DNA of 64,000 nt from Antedon mediterranea. Lineage: Eukaryota > Animalia > Echinodermata. A model generated the notes under the pieces. That model made no database searches. It had not been told where the DNA came from and saw nothing but the letters and a program-made list of their open reading frames with translations. Where the stretch lies: the NCBI RefSeq assembly GCF_964355755.1, contig NC_092671.1, positions 13,640,001 through 13,704,000 on the forward strand. The letters are read 5' to 3'. A program made the translations under genes and the position numbers. Within the stretch, counting starts at the first letter, position 1. Each line of letters begins with the position of its first letter. Positions 27,928 to 39,673 of the stretch are shown here, piece after piece.

Positions 27928-28105
27928 AGTTTTACCTTTTATACATAATGTATTTATATATTTTTATCAAATTTTGTAAAATACTACTTTTCAGCCTTTT
28001 GGCTGCCGTTGTATTTTGATGTCTTTTTATGAATAAATATACCTAAATGAAATGAAATAATACTTTAAGCATTATATTTTTTCTAGTAATAATACTAAAA
28101 TTTAC

Positions 28106-28284
28106 CTCTGCTGGAATGAACGTGGTTGTGAGTGGCTCAGATAAAGAAATTGAATCTGGTTTGTCTGGTACTGAGAATGAAATAACTGGACCATTGGGTC
28201 TCCGCTTCGAACTGTCATATTGAGGTGATTGAAATAGCCTACTATTTCTGTATGCAATCACAACAACCCGAAAATTATCACTGC
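28106..28284 (-). CDS. Adhesion GPCR GAIN-B exon
   Basis: SDNFRVVVIAYRNSRLFQ...NGPVISFSV...LSEPLTTTF; splice phases 1/0. Confidence 0.88.
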
Positions 28285-28380
28285 CTAAATTGAATAATAA
28301 CAGATACGTTGAGCCAAAAAATATCAAAATAAATTAATGAAACATACTGACCATGTAATTATGAAGATACAAACACTGAC

Positions 28381-28738
28381 CATTTTTATTCATAATTTCT
28401 GATGTGATACTCGGTGGTAATTGAATAGAAACTTGGACATCATCAGGCACCATATTTCCTTGTAAAGTTGTGACATCTTCCAGACCGTTTAAACCATCTG
28501 TTGACCCATATGCTAATCCAGTGCTGCTTACATCATCAGTATTTAACATCTGTCCGAGCACTGCAACATTCACCATACTTTCTTTGTAAACACCATCTTG
28601 TAGTCCAACTTGCCCAATCTGTTCTTCTAGTGACACAAGAATGTTTGTTGGTGCTTGCGACATCATTTGACTTTCCATCACAATATCTTCATCTATTTTA
28701 AACATGTTATTTACTGAACCAACCATTGATGATGCCAC
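28381..28738 (-). CDS. Adhesion GPCR GAIN exon
   Basis: VASSMVGSVNNMF...APTNILVSLEEQI...VSIQLPPSI; AG/GTCAGT, phases 0/1. Confidence 0.85.
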
Positions 28739-29009
28739 CTAATATTGATTTTTAACAAAGAAATGTATTTAGTTTTCTAGCCTTATGTCACTTTTCCATT
28801 ACTGAACTGCAGTACAACGACATAATGAGGATTTTAAATTGTACTACGGAAGCATATGTTCTATAAGATTCTTTATCACAAATTTGTGTATTGACAAAAG
28901 CTTTAATGTTACTTCAAAGTTGTAGTAGGAAAACAGGGAAGACAAGATACGTTTTCTTCATTATTTTTTAATTGGTTGTTAACTAATTTTATAACTACAA
29001 AAAACTAAC

Positions 29010-29156
29010 CAATGTAGAGTTAGAATTAACAGACACAATATCCTGCAGAATAACAGCTGTACTTTCTAGTGCACTGCTGGTGATTTCATCAGTTCTCAAT
29101 GTTATGTTGTAGACTGCGACACTTACTTCCTCAACATTATTTTCTGTTACATTAAT
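29010..29156 (-). CDS. Adhesion GPCR GAIN-A exon
   Basis: INVTENNVEEVSVAVYNITLRTDEITSSALESTAVILQDIVSVNSNSTL; 147 nt, phase 0/0. Confidence 0.85.
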
Positions 29157-29249
29157 CTAGATAAAAATTTCTTTTAATCATCAATTCAATTAAGGTGTTA
29201 AACAATTTTAAAATAACACTGCTAGAGAATGTAAACACTATGAACTTAC

Positions 29250-29380
29250 AGCTATTATTCTTGCAAGTATATCTTCTGCAGTTGCAATTCCACTGCAATT
29301 TGATATTTCAGGTATAGAATACCACATAGCTGTACTTAACCAATCACCAATACAAGTCCAATAAGCCGCTGGCTCACCAT
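29250..29380 (-). CDS. Adhesion GPCR HormR-like exon 2
   Basis: GEPAAYWTCIGDWLSTAMWYSIPEISNC...; phases 1/0. Confidence 0.82.
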
Positions 29381-29618
29381 CTAAAACAAGAAGTTTACAT
29401 TGGAACAACCAGGACCTAAAACTGTGATGTACACAGGGTGTGCATAGCTCAATAGACAATTCAAAATAAGGCATAAATATTTCTTACTTTAAGACAAATA
29501 TTGCTTAACACATTGCCTAAACAATGTTAAATGTGAAGAGTATTGCTACAGTATTTGCATCAAAATGCAAAAACAAACACTGTAAAAGAAATAAAACTAA
29601 GGGATAATATTTTCTTAC

Positions 29619-29720
29619 AATCTTTTTTTGTTACATCACACTTTTCTTCTGACCCAGTAGTGTGCCCAACTAATGTATCAGGAAATGTATAACCATTATA
29701 TACAACTTCAAAGCACATTT
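29619..29720 (-). CDS. Adhesion GPCR HormR-like exon 1
   Basis: MCFEVVYNGYTFPDTLVGHTTGSEEKCDV (C...FPxT..G......C pattern); phases 1/1. Confidence 0.82.
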
Positions 29721-29869
29721 CTGTGAAGACAAGTCATCATTCTTACTTTTTAACATGCTAAATGTGTAGATATTGGAATTGTTAAACATTTTAGTTTAAA
29801 TTAGATATAGTCACTTTGTGATGAAATTCTCAAATGGTCAGTAGATAATACAATAACAACTGCTATAGA

Positions 29870-32800
29870 AACTAGAATTTAATTCGTCACTTTGACGAAT
29901 TATAGGTGATCATTTTTATCATTTGAAGGAAATTAAAATTTAAAAAAAAAACCACAAAGATAGCAATTTCTGAAGAAAATTATCTCAGCAACAACATATT
30001 AACGTGTAGAAGAAATTTAAATACGTGAAATATTAATGCGCGCTCTTAATGAATTATGACGCAAAAGATGAAAATACGACTTTTTTTATTTAACTGGCCA
30101 TATGATGACGTCACCACATCCGATTTGCAAAATATTTACATGATTTCGTATCTAAAATCCAATAGCTTCCAGAAAACGTTTTAATCGTGATTATCACATT
30201 TTATTCTTACGAGCTATAACAGATTAAAATTTACTGTAAAGATGAAATTAATGCCATTTGTAATTTAAATTTTTAGGCATGATGACGTCAAAAGAATTAA
30301 AATATTTTTAACTCATGCGAAAGATAGTTGATTGACCTAGACAATATCTAAATCGGGGTGAAAATGGAAAATGGATAAGTGAAGATGCGCTCTATTAAAT
30401 GTGATGACCTATTACGAAAGATACAAAAATCCTAAATTTTATATTCGCGTGGCCATACGATGACATCACAATGTCCGGTTAGCCATATTAATACATTATT
30501 CGATATCTACAAATCATCAACTTCCAGAATATGTAATAAAAACAACTTTCACCGTTTAGTTTAGAAACTACGACTGTTTAAAACAAGGCCAACAGCCATT
30601 AAGTCGCGTGCTACAATGCATAGTGATACCGGACCGACAGACAGACCGACAGACCGACAGACAGACCGACAGACAGACCGACAGACCGACAGACAGACAG
30701 ACCGACCGACCGACATAGTGAACTATACTGACCGAAATTACTGAACATGTTTAAAAATCTTGAAATGTTTAAAAACATTTATATTTTTTTAATTTACACG
30801 TGCGTAGCCTGTCACTTTTGACGTGCTCGTATAACGTAATTTCGAGTTGAAAAGTAAGTCAAGAAAACAGAAATCGGGCAAAAAGAGTGCGCAATAACAT
30901 TTAACGCGCAGTGCGCGCCCAAAAATATGCGCACTCATGGCAATTTTGTAAACGCTTAAAATTGCCTGAAACGTACTCTTATTTCATCGAAAATAAATTT
31001 TGAAAATTTTAAGCGCGCGTACGCATGCGTTACATGCGCTACGCACGTAATTGTATTGCCATATGATGATTTATGCCCTGAAATTTATGAGTACCAAATT
31101 TTATTTAATTGTGATTCATGGTTGTGAAGATATGATTACAAACGTGATTTCGTTAAATCGTGCGTAGACCGCGTAATTTTTTATTGCGCACCGTGAAAAC
31201 ATAACCACATTGATTCCTGGCCATAAGGAATATACTGTGAAAAATTGACCTAGCTAGATTAAACTGATATCAAGATAAGGTCAGAAAGCGATAAAACGCA
31301 TAGTGATACCGGACCGACAGACCGACAGACAGACAGACCGACAGACAGACCGACAGACAGACAGACAGACCGACCAACCGACCGACATAGTGAACTATAG
31401 AGTCGCTTCCACGCGACTAAAAAGGCATAATTTTGACAAATTTTTGAACTTTTTCATCAAAAACGCTCGCAAATTGTTCAGTTCGACGTGCTCGTATGAC
31501 GTGATTTTAAGTCGAAATTGTAACGTAAACATTTGCGGGCGCGTGGAAATTTTTGACATGCTCAAAATGTCATGATCAGCGTAGAAAGTTGATTAGAAAT
31601 TAATTTTGCGCATTTTGAAATTTTAAAAGCGCGTGCGCGCGTAACTTGTAAAACATGCCATTTTAAGTGCACTAAAAGTTTGCCCTTGATATGACTTAAA
31701 TTTTCATAAAGGGTAAAAAAAAAATTACGCTTGGTTTTTAAGCTATGATCAATCATTAAAAATCATAAAATCGCGCGTAAGTCACGTTGCGCAACTCTGA
31801 CGTCATTCAAAATAGGAGGTGCACAACTTCATGTAAATGCCCACATGTTGTCAAAGTTATGAAATGTTATGTTTACACATTTTAGAGAAACGTGACTCAC
31901 AAAAACACGGGAAAGAAATAAGAACTAGATTTGAACTCGTCACTTTGACGAGTTAGTTATCCGCACGACAAACGCCACGCGCACATCATACGTGGGAATT
32001 TTGCACACGGAAAAAGATTATGGCATTATGACCTGAACTGAAGAATATCATATGCTGTTATTGCTGAATTCTGTAAATTTTGTGTCATATAGTATATACA
32101 GTGCAAACGGTATAATCTGTATACATGTTACATACAGTGTAGAATAGGTGAAATTACGGGTTTATTCCTATTTTTAACATGGCGACGGTATCAAAATGAA
32201 ACACTAAGATAGTAATTTCGGAAGGACATTATCTCAGCAACCACACATTAACGGGTAGAAGAAATTTGAATACGTAAAATATAGATGCGCACCCTTTTAA
32301 ATGTGATGAACTATTACGCAAAATATGAAAATACGACTTTTTTTATTCAACTGGCCATATGATGACGTCACAACATCCGATTGGCAAAATGTTTACATGA
32401 ATTCGTATCTACAATCCAATAGCTTCCAGAAAACGTTTAATCATGATTATCACGTTTTATTCTGACGAGCTATAACAGATTAAAATTTACTGTAAAGATG
32501 AAAATAAGTGACCCACGTTATTTTCATTTTTAGACATGATGACGTCATAAAAATTAAAATATTTTTAACTCATGCGAAATATAATTGATTGACCTAGACA
32601 ATATTAAAATCTTGGAGAAAATGGAAAACAGATAATTGGAGATGCGCTCTATTAAATGTGATGAGCTATGATGGAAGATACAAAAATCCTATATTTTATA
32701 TTCGCGTGGCCATACGATGACGATGATTGATTCGCCATATCAATGCATGATTCCATATCTACAACTCATCAACTTCCAGAATATGTAATAAAAACAACTT

Positions 32801-33732
32801 TCACTGTAGGAATTACGACTGTTTAAAAAAAGGCATAATTTTGAAGAATTTTTTAACTTTTTCATCAAAAACGTGGGCAAATTATCCAATTCTACGTGCT
32901 CGTATGACATGATTTTAAGTCGAAATTGTTTAAAAATTGGTAAAATGACTAGAAAAGGCTGAAAAAACATAAATCATGAGAAAAAATATGCTTTCTCCGC
33001 TACGTGCGCGCGCGCGCGTAAAAAATTGCTCGCGCTCGGGAATTTTTTTAATGCTTAAAATGACATGAAACGCATAGAAAGTTGATTTTTCGCATTTTCA
33101 AATTTTAAATGCACGTGCGCGCGTAACTTTCTGTGAAACATGCCATTTTCTTTCTACATACAGTTAACGCAAGATATAAATTAAACTTTTGCTAAGTTTC
33201 AATTTAAATTGTTGTATGGTTTTCGATCTATGTTAAAACGCGAAATTCATAAAAACGCGCGTAAGTCACGTTGCGCAACTCTGACGTCATTCAAAAATAG
33301 GAGGTGCACAACTTCACGTGAATGCCCATTATGTCGACAAAGTTATGAAATGTTATGTTAACACGTTTAAGAGATACGCTCTGCACAAAAAGTGAGAGAG
33401 AAAGACCGAAGAATAATGTGAAAAAAAAGAAACGGGACAGTTACAAGGAGCTATCCGCTGAATGCGGATAACTAATAATACAGAAAAAAAAAATATTGAT
33501 CCACTACAATCACAAGGAGTTATCCGCTACTAAGCGGATAACTAAAAAGATGATGAAACAGGACAGTTACAAGGAGTTATCCGCTGAATGCGGATAACTA
33601 ATAAAAAGATGATGTTGATGATGATTTCGTACAATCACATGGGTTATCCAGCAACTTCGTTGCGGATAACCAAATAAAGATTTCATACAATAACAATAGG
33701 TGATCATTTTATTCTAAATGATCACCTAATAA
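29870..33732 (-). mobile_element. Cluster of nested Helentron/HINE-like elements (family B copies plus a family-A copy at ~30582-31423)
   Basis: Homologous to 24762-26633, with (GACA/GACC)n tracts. Four stacked terminal hairpins TATCCGC..GCGGATAAC at ~33450-33672; outer ends AGGTGATCAT at ~29904 and ~33698-33728. Confidence 0.7.
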
Positions 33733-33844
33733 CAGTACAGTAATGATTCAACTTAGACTCATTTTGTGGGCTATTTAGAGACTGGATGATGAGTGAAACA
33801 TGCTTTTGCTACTAAACAAAACCATTTATTGTCATTTACTTTAC

Positions 33845-34049
33845 TAGCAGTTTTAATATTGATACTGTTCACGTCAAAATATCCATTTGAATTTGTTCCA
33901 ACTTGCACAAGTGATTCCATTAAAATATCAATATAATCTTTTGGTGAAACATCTAACATGTACACATAGAAGTTGAAATCAGCAATGACACCTGCTTGCA
34001 AACTTCTCACTTGTATGTAAGGATCATTTGGCAATGACGAGTCATTCAA
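33845..34049 (-). CDS. Adhesion GPCR SEA-like domain, second exon
   Basis: LNDSSLPNDPYIQVRSLQAGVIADFNFYV...YFDVNSINI; phases 0/1. Confidence 0.8.
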
Positions 34050-34310
34050 CTAAAAATTAGACATAGTTTGTATCATTGTATTGGGGTTTATGTGGAACTT
34101 TTTCATTTTTTTTTCTAAGGGGTGGGTAGAAAAAAAAAAAATTTTATTGTTAAATGACTAATATGGGAATGTGAACACAAATTTAGAATGCCAGGGTATG
34201 GGAAAGGTTTCCTAATGATAATTTAAACTGTAATGGCACATTGAACACATTTATCTTCAAAATTCCTTGCCTGCTTTTATTATATTATAACTATATATTC
34301 CTTTGTTTCT

Positions 34311-34563
34311 TTGCGATCTACTTCACAGTCTCTACCCGCTCATTCCATCCATCCGTCCACAAAGCATTATGGTTTTCGTACCTTTTCTTGGGCCTCTGTC
34401 GCCCTTCGGAACGGTTTACCAATCTTTATACGTAAGGCTACTACAATCGCTTATTTTAAGGCTGCTCTGAAAACTCACCTTTTTAACTACTAGTATTATT
34501 TGTTCTTAGCATTGATCCTTTGCATGATGCACTCTATAAGCCCCATTTATTATTATTATTATT
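34311..34563 (+). mobile_element. L2-type LINE 3' fragment
   Basis: TKHYGFRTFSWASVALRNGLPIFIRKATTIAYFKAALKTHLF followed by a short UTR and a (TAT)n tail. Confidence 0.72.
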
Positions 34564-34646
34564 GAAATCATTATAGGAGATGAGTTTAAATTGTATTACA
34601 GTATTTGTATTTTTAAGTCATCAAAATGTAAACGATAATAACTTAC

Positions 34647-34759
34647 AAATGCTGTGATAGTGGAAGATATCTCTTGATAATCAATGCTAGATGGATTCTG
34701 CAAACTTTCAGTAAATTCCAATTCTTGAAATATCAAAGTGACCTGAAAAGTTGACACTC
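34647..34759 (-). CDS. Adhesion GPCR SEA-like domain, first exon
   Basis: VSTFQVTLIFQELEFTESLQNPSSIDYQEISSTITAF (F..L.NPSS..Y SEA pattern); phases 1/0. Confidence 0.83.
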
Positions 34760-34916
34760 CTAAAGACGATATAGCAATTAATAACCTAAAGTTCAATTAC
34801 TGTTATTGTATTATAACAAATAAAATGTATCCATAGATAAAACCCAGAGAAACCCAAAAAATGCAAATGATAATAACAGATGGATGATGTTTTCCACTAA
34901 TAAATGAATGACTCAC

Positions 34917-35177
34917 CGATAATAGTTTGAGCAGCTTTAAAAGAGGTGCTGATAATGCTGGAATGCGGACCAACACCTGAGCCACTACACCAGTAATAAC
35001 CCAGTGCATCAAACGTCATTATTATTGAAAGCATTTCTTTATTTATAGAATCAGTAATAGGAACATCATCTTTGAACCATTGCCAATCAACAGAATTGTT
35101 AATCTTACAATAGAGAGACACTGTAGTATACAAAGTCACTCTATTTGAAAGTGGAAATCTTGAAACATAAGGAGGAT
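34917..35177 (-). CDS. Adhesion GPCR Ig-like domain exon
   Basis: PPYVSRFP...VSLYCKI...WQWFKDDVPI...GYYWCSG; phase 1/1. Confidence 0.87.
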
Positions 35178-35267
35178 CTGTAAACCAAAATAAAAGTGTT
35201 ACTACTTTGTTTCACTAACTAGTCTTATGTGTAGCTCTATATGTAGTCAACAAGAAAAAAATCTCAC

Positions 35268-35384
35268 TTGATTGAATTTCACAGAACATTCCTTCAAATC
35301 CAGGTAGACACACACACACATCACAAGATGATTGACGACAGGTTCCACGATTCTGACATTGATCACAGGTATTGTTACTCGAAA
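35268..35384 (-). CDS. Adhesion GPCR divergent EGF-like exon
   Basis: SSNNTCDQCQNRGTCRQSSCDVCVCLPGFEGMFCEIQS; TTTCAG/GTGAG, phase 1/1. Confidence 0.82.
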
Positions 35385-35477
35385 CTGAAATTAAAATCCA
35401 TTGTACAGCTACAGCACATTATGCTTAATTATTGTTAGTAGCAAAACACAGAAAAACTATATGTGGTTATACAGTAT

Positions 35478-38400
35478 TCAAATTCAAATTCTTTATTCAT
35501 CCCGCATGGGGCAATTTCATCAAGGACTGAAATAATAAATTTAAAAAAATACATAGTAATAATCAATTAAAAAATACAAAAATCCATCACATTTAAACGT
35601 AACATCTTAAATCTAAAAGATCCTTTTCATATGTGATAAAAAGTTACTTCTATATGATCCAATATAGTGTCAAGTTTGTAAGATGATATCGGTACTTACA
35701 TTGGATCATATAGAAGTAACTTTTTATCACATTACATTATCAGATCCAAATGAACTTATTTAATAATCCTTTTCATAATTCTTAATACTAAATGGCCCAT
35801 GAACAAATTTATTTGGAACTTTTATTGAACCGTCTAATACTAGTTGCAAAAAAGAATTTAGTTTATGTTTTGTCCTACACATAGGACTCCTGTTTTAAGT
35901 TTATATTTACATTTAGCAAAAATTTCTTTATTACAGAAAGATAAAATATTTCGCAATGAGCATTCGGTACATACATTTAAAATGTTCACTAATCCAGATC
36001 GATCTTTAAGGTTTAAATTGTAGAACCAACATATAAAGGAAAAGGTCACGCTTTCCACAAATGAGTTATAAAACATTTTTAAAATACACTTATTTAATTT
36101 AAATTCATTTAGCTTCCTTAAACTACGGTTTCCCTTTTTTATTAAAGTTTCAGTATTTAATCCCCAGCTGAGACAAGGGACCTACAGTATAAGAGTTAAC
36201 AATCTCAACTGGTTCGTTATTTAAAATTGTGACCTCAGGGCTATCTTTCACGCCAAAAATCGATAATCATATCCTTCGTCTTAGAAATATTCAGCTTAAA
36301 ATACGAGTCAACAGAAAAATTATCAAAAGCATTCAAAACAGGACCATGACTATTATTTCCATCCTTAAGAAGTGTAGACCTAAAGTAAAACTGAATCGTC
36401 CTGCGTACTACGGCAATCGTCAGTATATAAAATATAAAGTAATGGGGATAAGACACAGCCCTGATAGTCCAGTTCCCTATGTGCAGACATGTGGAAAGCG
36501 TAAACATTGTGTTTTATGAATATGAAGCATGCTGGTTATAAAAACCCATGTTGTCAAATTTCTAAAAGTCATCTTTGACCTCTGACCTCAATGTGAATGT
36601 TTTGACCCATTGAAAATAAAATAGTAATATCTTTGCTTAGATTAAATGAAATAATTCTAGTGCCAAATTATTTGGGAGATGCATATATTCGTTCTAATGG
36701 AAAAGTTTGTCCAAAAAAGGTTTTATTTTTGTGAAATTTTTCGAAATATTTACATTTATATGTTGTATAATAACTACATTTTACAAAAATAAAAATACAC
36801 TTTTTTTCCTGTACCTAATTAAGTTTTCATCAAAATAATTTTAAAATGGTCTTGTTTGATAGGCCTACATAATAACATTTTCTTTATATAAAAAAAACAA
36901 AAAACTTTATATTATATATATACTCATAAAACACAAGGTTTACACTTTCCCCATGATTTTCACACACACGAAAATAATAGTTAACTGTTTAGTTGCTTAG
37001 TACTATTGTTTTTGGGTACTGGAATTATAGTGGATTTTTTCCATAGTTTCGTTATCATGCATAAATTTAGACCAACACAGAGTTGGTCCGAACAAAAAAA
37101 TTACGTTTTACCCTCAACTTGATCAGGACCATATAACTCTTATTAAAATTTATTTTTCTTAAAAGGGTTTTTATGTTATTTTTTTTCAATATTAATCTTT
37201 CTATATTATTTTTAATATCAATATTTTGTAGAACTTGATCCTGTCTTATTTCATTATTTATTAACACCTGATTTTCAACTCTTGAATGAAAATCATCAAG
37301 CTCACAGTTACAATATCAAGATGTATTTCTTGCCTAACTCTATTTTTAGAATTTATAGAAGCCATTGTTATACCTTGCCAAGCATTTCTTAAGCTCCAGT
37401 TTACAAAGAGTGCTTCTATTTTACTCCTATAATTTGCTTTAGCTACACAAATATCTCAATCCCCTGTTTATTTCATTTTCACACCGGCACAGATCCTGGG
37501 AAGTGGGGGGGGGGGGGGTGTGGTGGCGTAGGGACATGTCCCATATTTTTTACTGGGGGATTGTCGCCTTCACTTTTCAAGAGCAAAATCATTAATTGTT
37601 AAAAATGAAATAGAAAGTAAGACTTCTATGACAAGCATGATGTATCGTATGTAATTTCAGAAAATACAGTATCTAAGACTAGATTTTGCGTTCGCATCAG
37701 GAGCAGTGCCTAAAAAGTGAGTAACCCAAAATAATTGTCTTCTTCCAGGCGGAATTTTTATGTGCTCAGAAATCGATTGAAACGACCCCTGGACCCCCAG
37801 GGGTCCTTGGCGGCACCCTGGCTCTCAGCCTAATGTTTTCATTTTTATACAGTTTCCCCCACTATTAAAAACGGATCTGCGCCGTTTCATTTTCATATTT
37901 ACTTCCGGTAAAAAATAAACGTTTCTTTATTAATAATTTCCGTTTTAGTGATCCATGGCTTGTTGTTGGAAAATACCATTATTTGTCTGAATTACTTCTT
38001 CAACACACTTATTAATATACGCGGTAATTACTTCTATGATTTCATCCAGATCCAGCGACGAATTGTAACAAACTTGCCAATCAGTGCAGTCAAAACACCC
38101 TCTTAGGGTTTCAATACTATCTTCTGTCCAAATTTTAACTGTATTAACCACTGTATTTGCTCGTTGAACTAGAGGGAACTTAGAAAATAACCGTATGGAA
38201 TTGTGGTTCGACGCTCCAAGAGGCGGGAGAGCAATTGGTGTATACATATCACGAATAGTACCATAGCAAAGATTTACCTTGCGAGTTGGACATATATTAT
38301 TGTGTTATATATTGCTGGTATGCCCTAAAAGTCCTAGAAAATTTGTGTTGATTAAAATCACCGATGAACAAAGTTTGGTGCGTCGGGAGACAAGGCTTCT

Positions 38401-38980
38401 ATATTTTGGATGGTGTTTGAGAGCGTTTCAGATGCTCTACTCGTCTTGGCAATTGGGGAATACATCACACACTCAAATAGTCGTAACAATGCGCAAAATA
38501 TTTCAATGTCAGGATTGCATACCTTCTCCCTCACAACAACGGTGTTGCACCATTGTTGGTTATAATAATTTTTCTGAATGTAATGTCCTATCTGCATGTA
38601 TGAGTTGAAAACCATCAATATCCATGCATAAATCAGAAACATTCTCGTTCCGCCAGGTTTCCATTAAACAAAAAGTTTGTTTCTTCCTTTCCTACCTCGC
38701 TTTTTTTTCTTGACTTGTCCGTATGTCCGTAAAAATCATCTGGTAATTGTGTAGATCTGGTACCAAGGCGGGTGTGTTTGATCGAAGATTCAACAGAAAT
38801 TCCTTGCTGTACGTTAATCTGACTATATGTTGGTTATCGCCTAAGTTCAAGCCTGTTGCCAAAACACTTAATTACCTCGTAAATACCACATAGAAAATCA
38901 CCATAACCACACACTGTTTAGAAAACATCATGCAAACTAACAAGCACAAAAAATCCACACAAATAGTAATTTACACAAAA
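35478..38980 (-). mobile_element. Decayed Rex1/Babar-like LINE with internal deletions and secondary insertions
   Basis: Minus-strand fragments in the expected order: YSKEFLLNLR; endonuclease remnants (PPLGASNHNSI, WTEDSIETLRGCFDCTDW); LNISKTKDMIIDF; FYNSFVESV.FSFICW; 3' tail AATAAAGAATTTGAATTTGAA. Confidence 0.72.
37482..37887. mobile_element. hAT-like MITE (~406 bp) with 8-bp TSD inside the Rex1-like LINE
   Basis: CATTTTCA at 37474-37481 and 37888-37895; imperfect TIRs CACCGGCACAGATCC / GGATCTGCGCCGTTT. Confidence 0.68.
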
Positions 38981-39029
38981 GTATCACATCAAATATCCCA
39001 CGAACAAAAATTTCAGTCCTGGTCGCCAC

Positions 39030-39497
39030 TGGGTACTCGGACGTTTTGCCGAATGCCATTTCGCCGACCAGAAATTTCGTCTACATGATTTTGGGCAAAA
39101 CTGGACATTGGGCCAACTGGACATTGGGCCAACTGGACATTGGGCCAACTGGACATTGGGCCAACTGAACATACAGTATGACCGACAGGACTTTTTGTCG
39201 ACAGCACATCACGCCAAAACTTCTTCTTTATTTCGTCAGGTACGGTATCACTACACTCATTTTCAATAACCGCACTATTAGACTGCACGTCTCGTTTTCA
39301 CATGTCAGTTTTTTTATACGGAAATTATCTAATCGACAAAGTGTCCTGTCGGCCAATTGTTCTGTCAATGAAATGTCCTGTTGACAAAATGACCGGTTGG
39401 CGAAATGTCCGGTCAACGAAATGTCAAGTGAGTTAAAGGTCTGGTGGCCAAGTAGCCTGTCGACCACTTTCTGTCTGTTTATATTGTGTCCGTCCAT
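39030..39497. mobile_element. Probable non-autonomous DNA element with 16-bp sub-terminal tandem repeats
   Basis: (CTGGACATTGGGCCAA)x4 at ~39100-39165 and opposite-orientation AAATGTCC motifs at 39340-39430. Termini and TSD not resolved. Confidence 0.45.
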
Positions 39498-39673
39498 AGA
39501 AACATATCATAATTAAATAAACAGAAGTATTATTTAGTATTATGTTTATATTATTTTTTTAGTTATATTATTAAGTATTAAAGACATTAAAATTACACAA
39601 AGACCCAAGAGAAAAACTTACATAATAGTGTATTGTAAATTGTAAATAGAATTCCATCTGCTTTTAAACTTAC

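Noticed and set aside
31303-31575. ORF with QTDR repeats
   Set aside because: Translation of the (GACA/GACC)n microsatellite of the HINE-like element.
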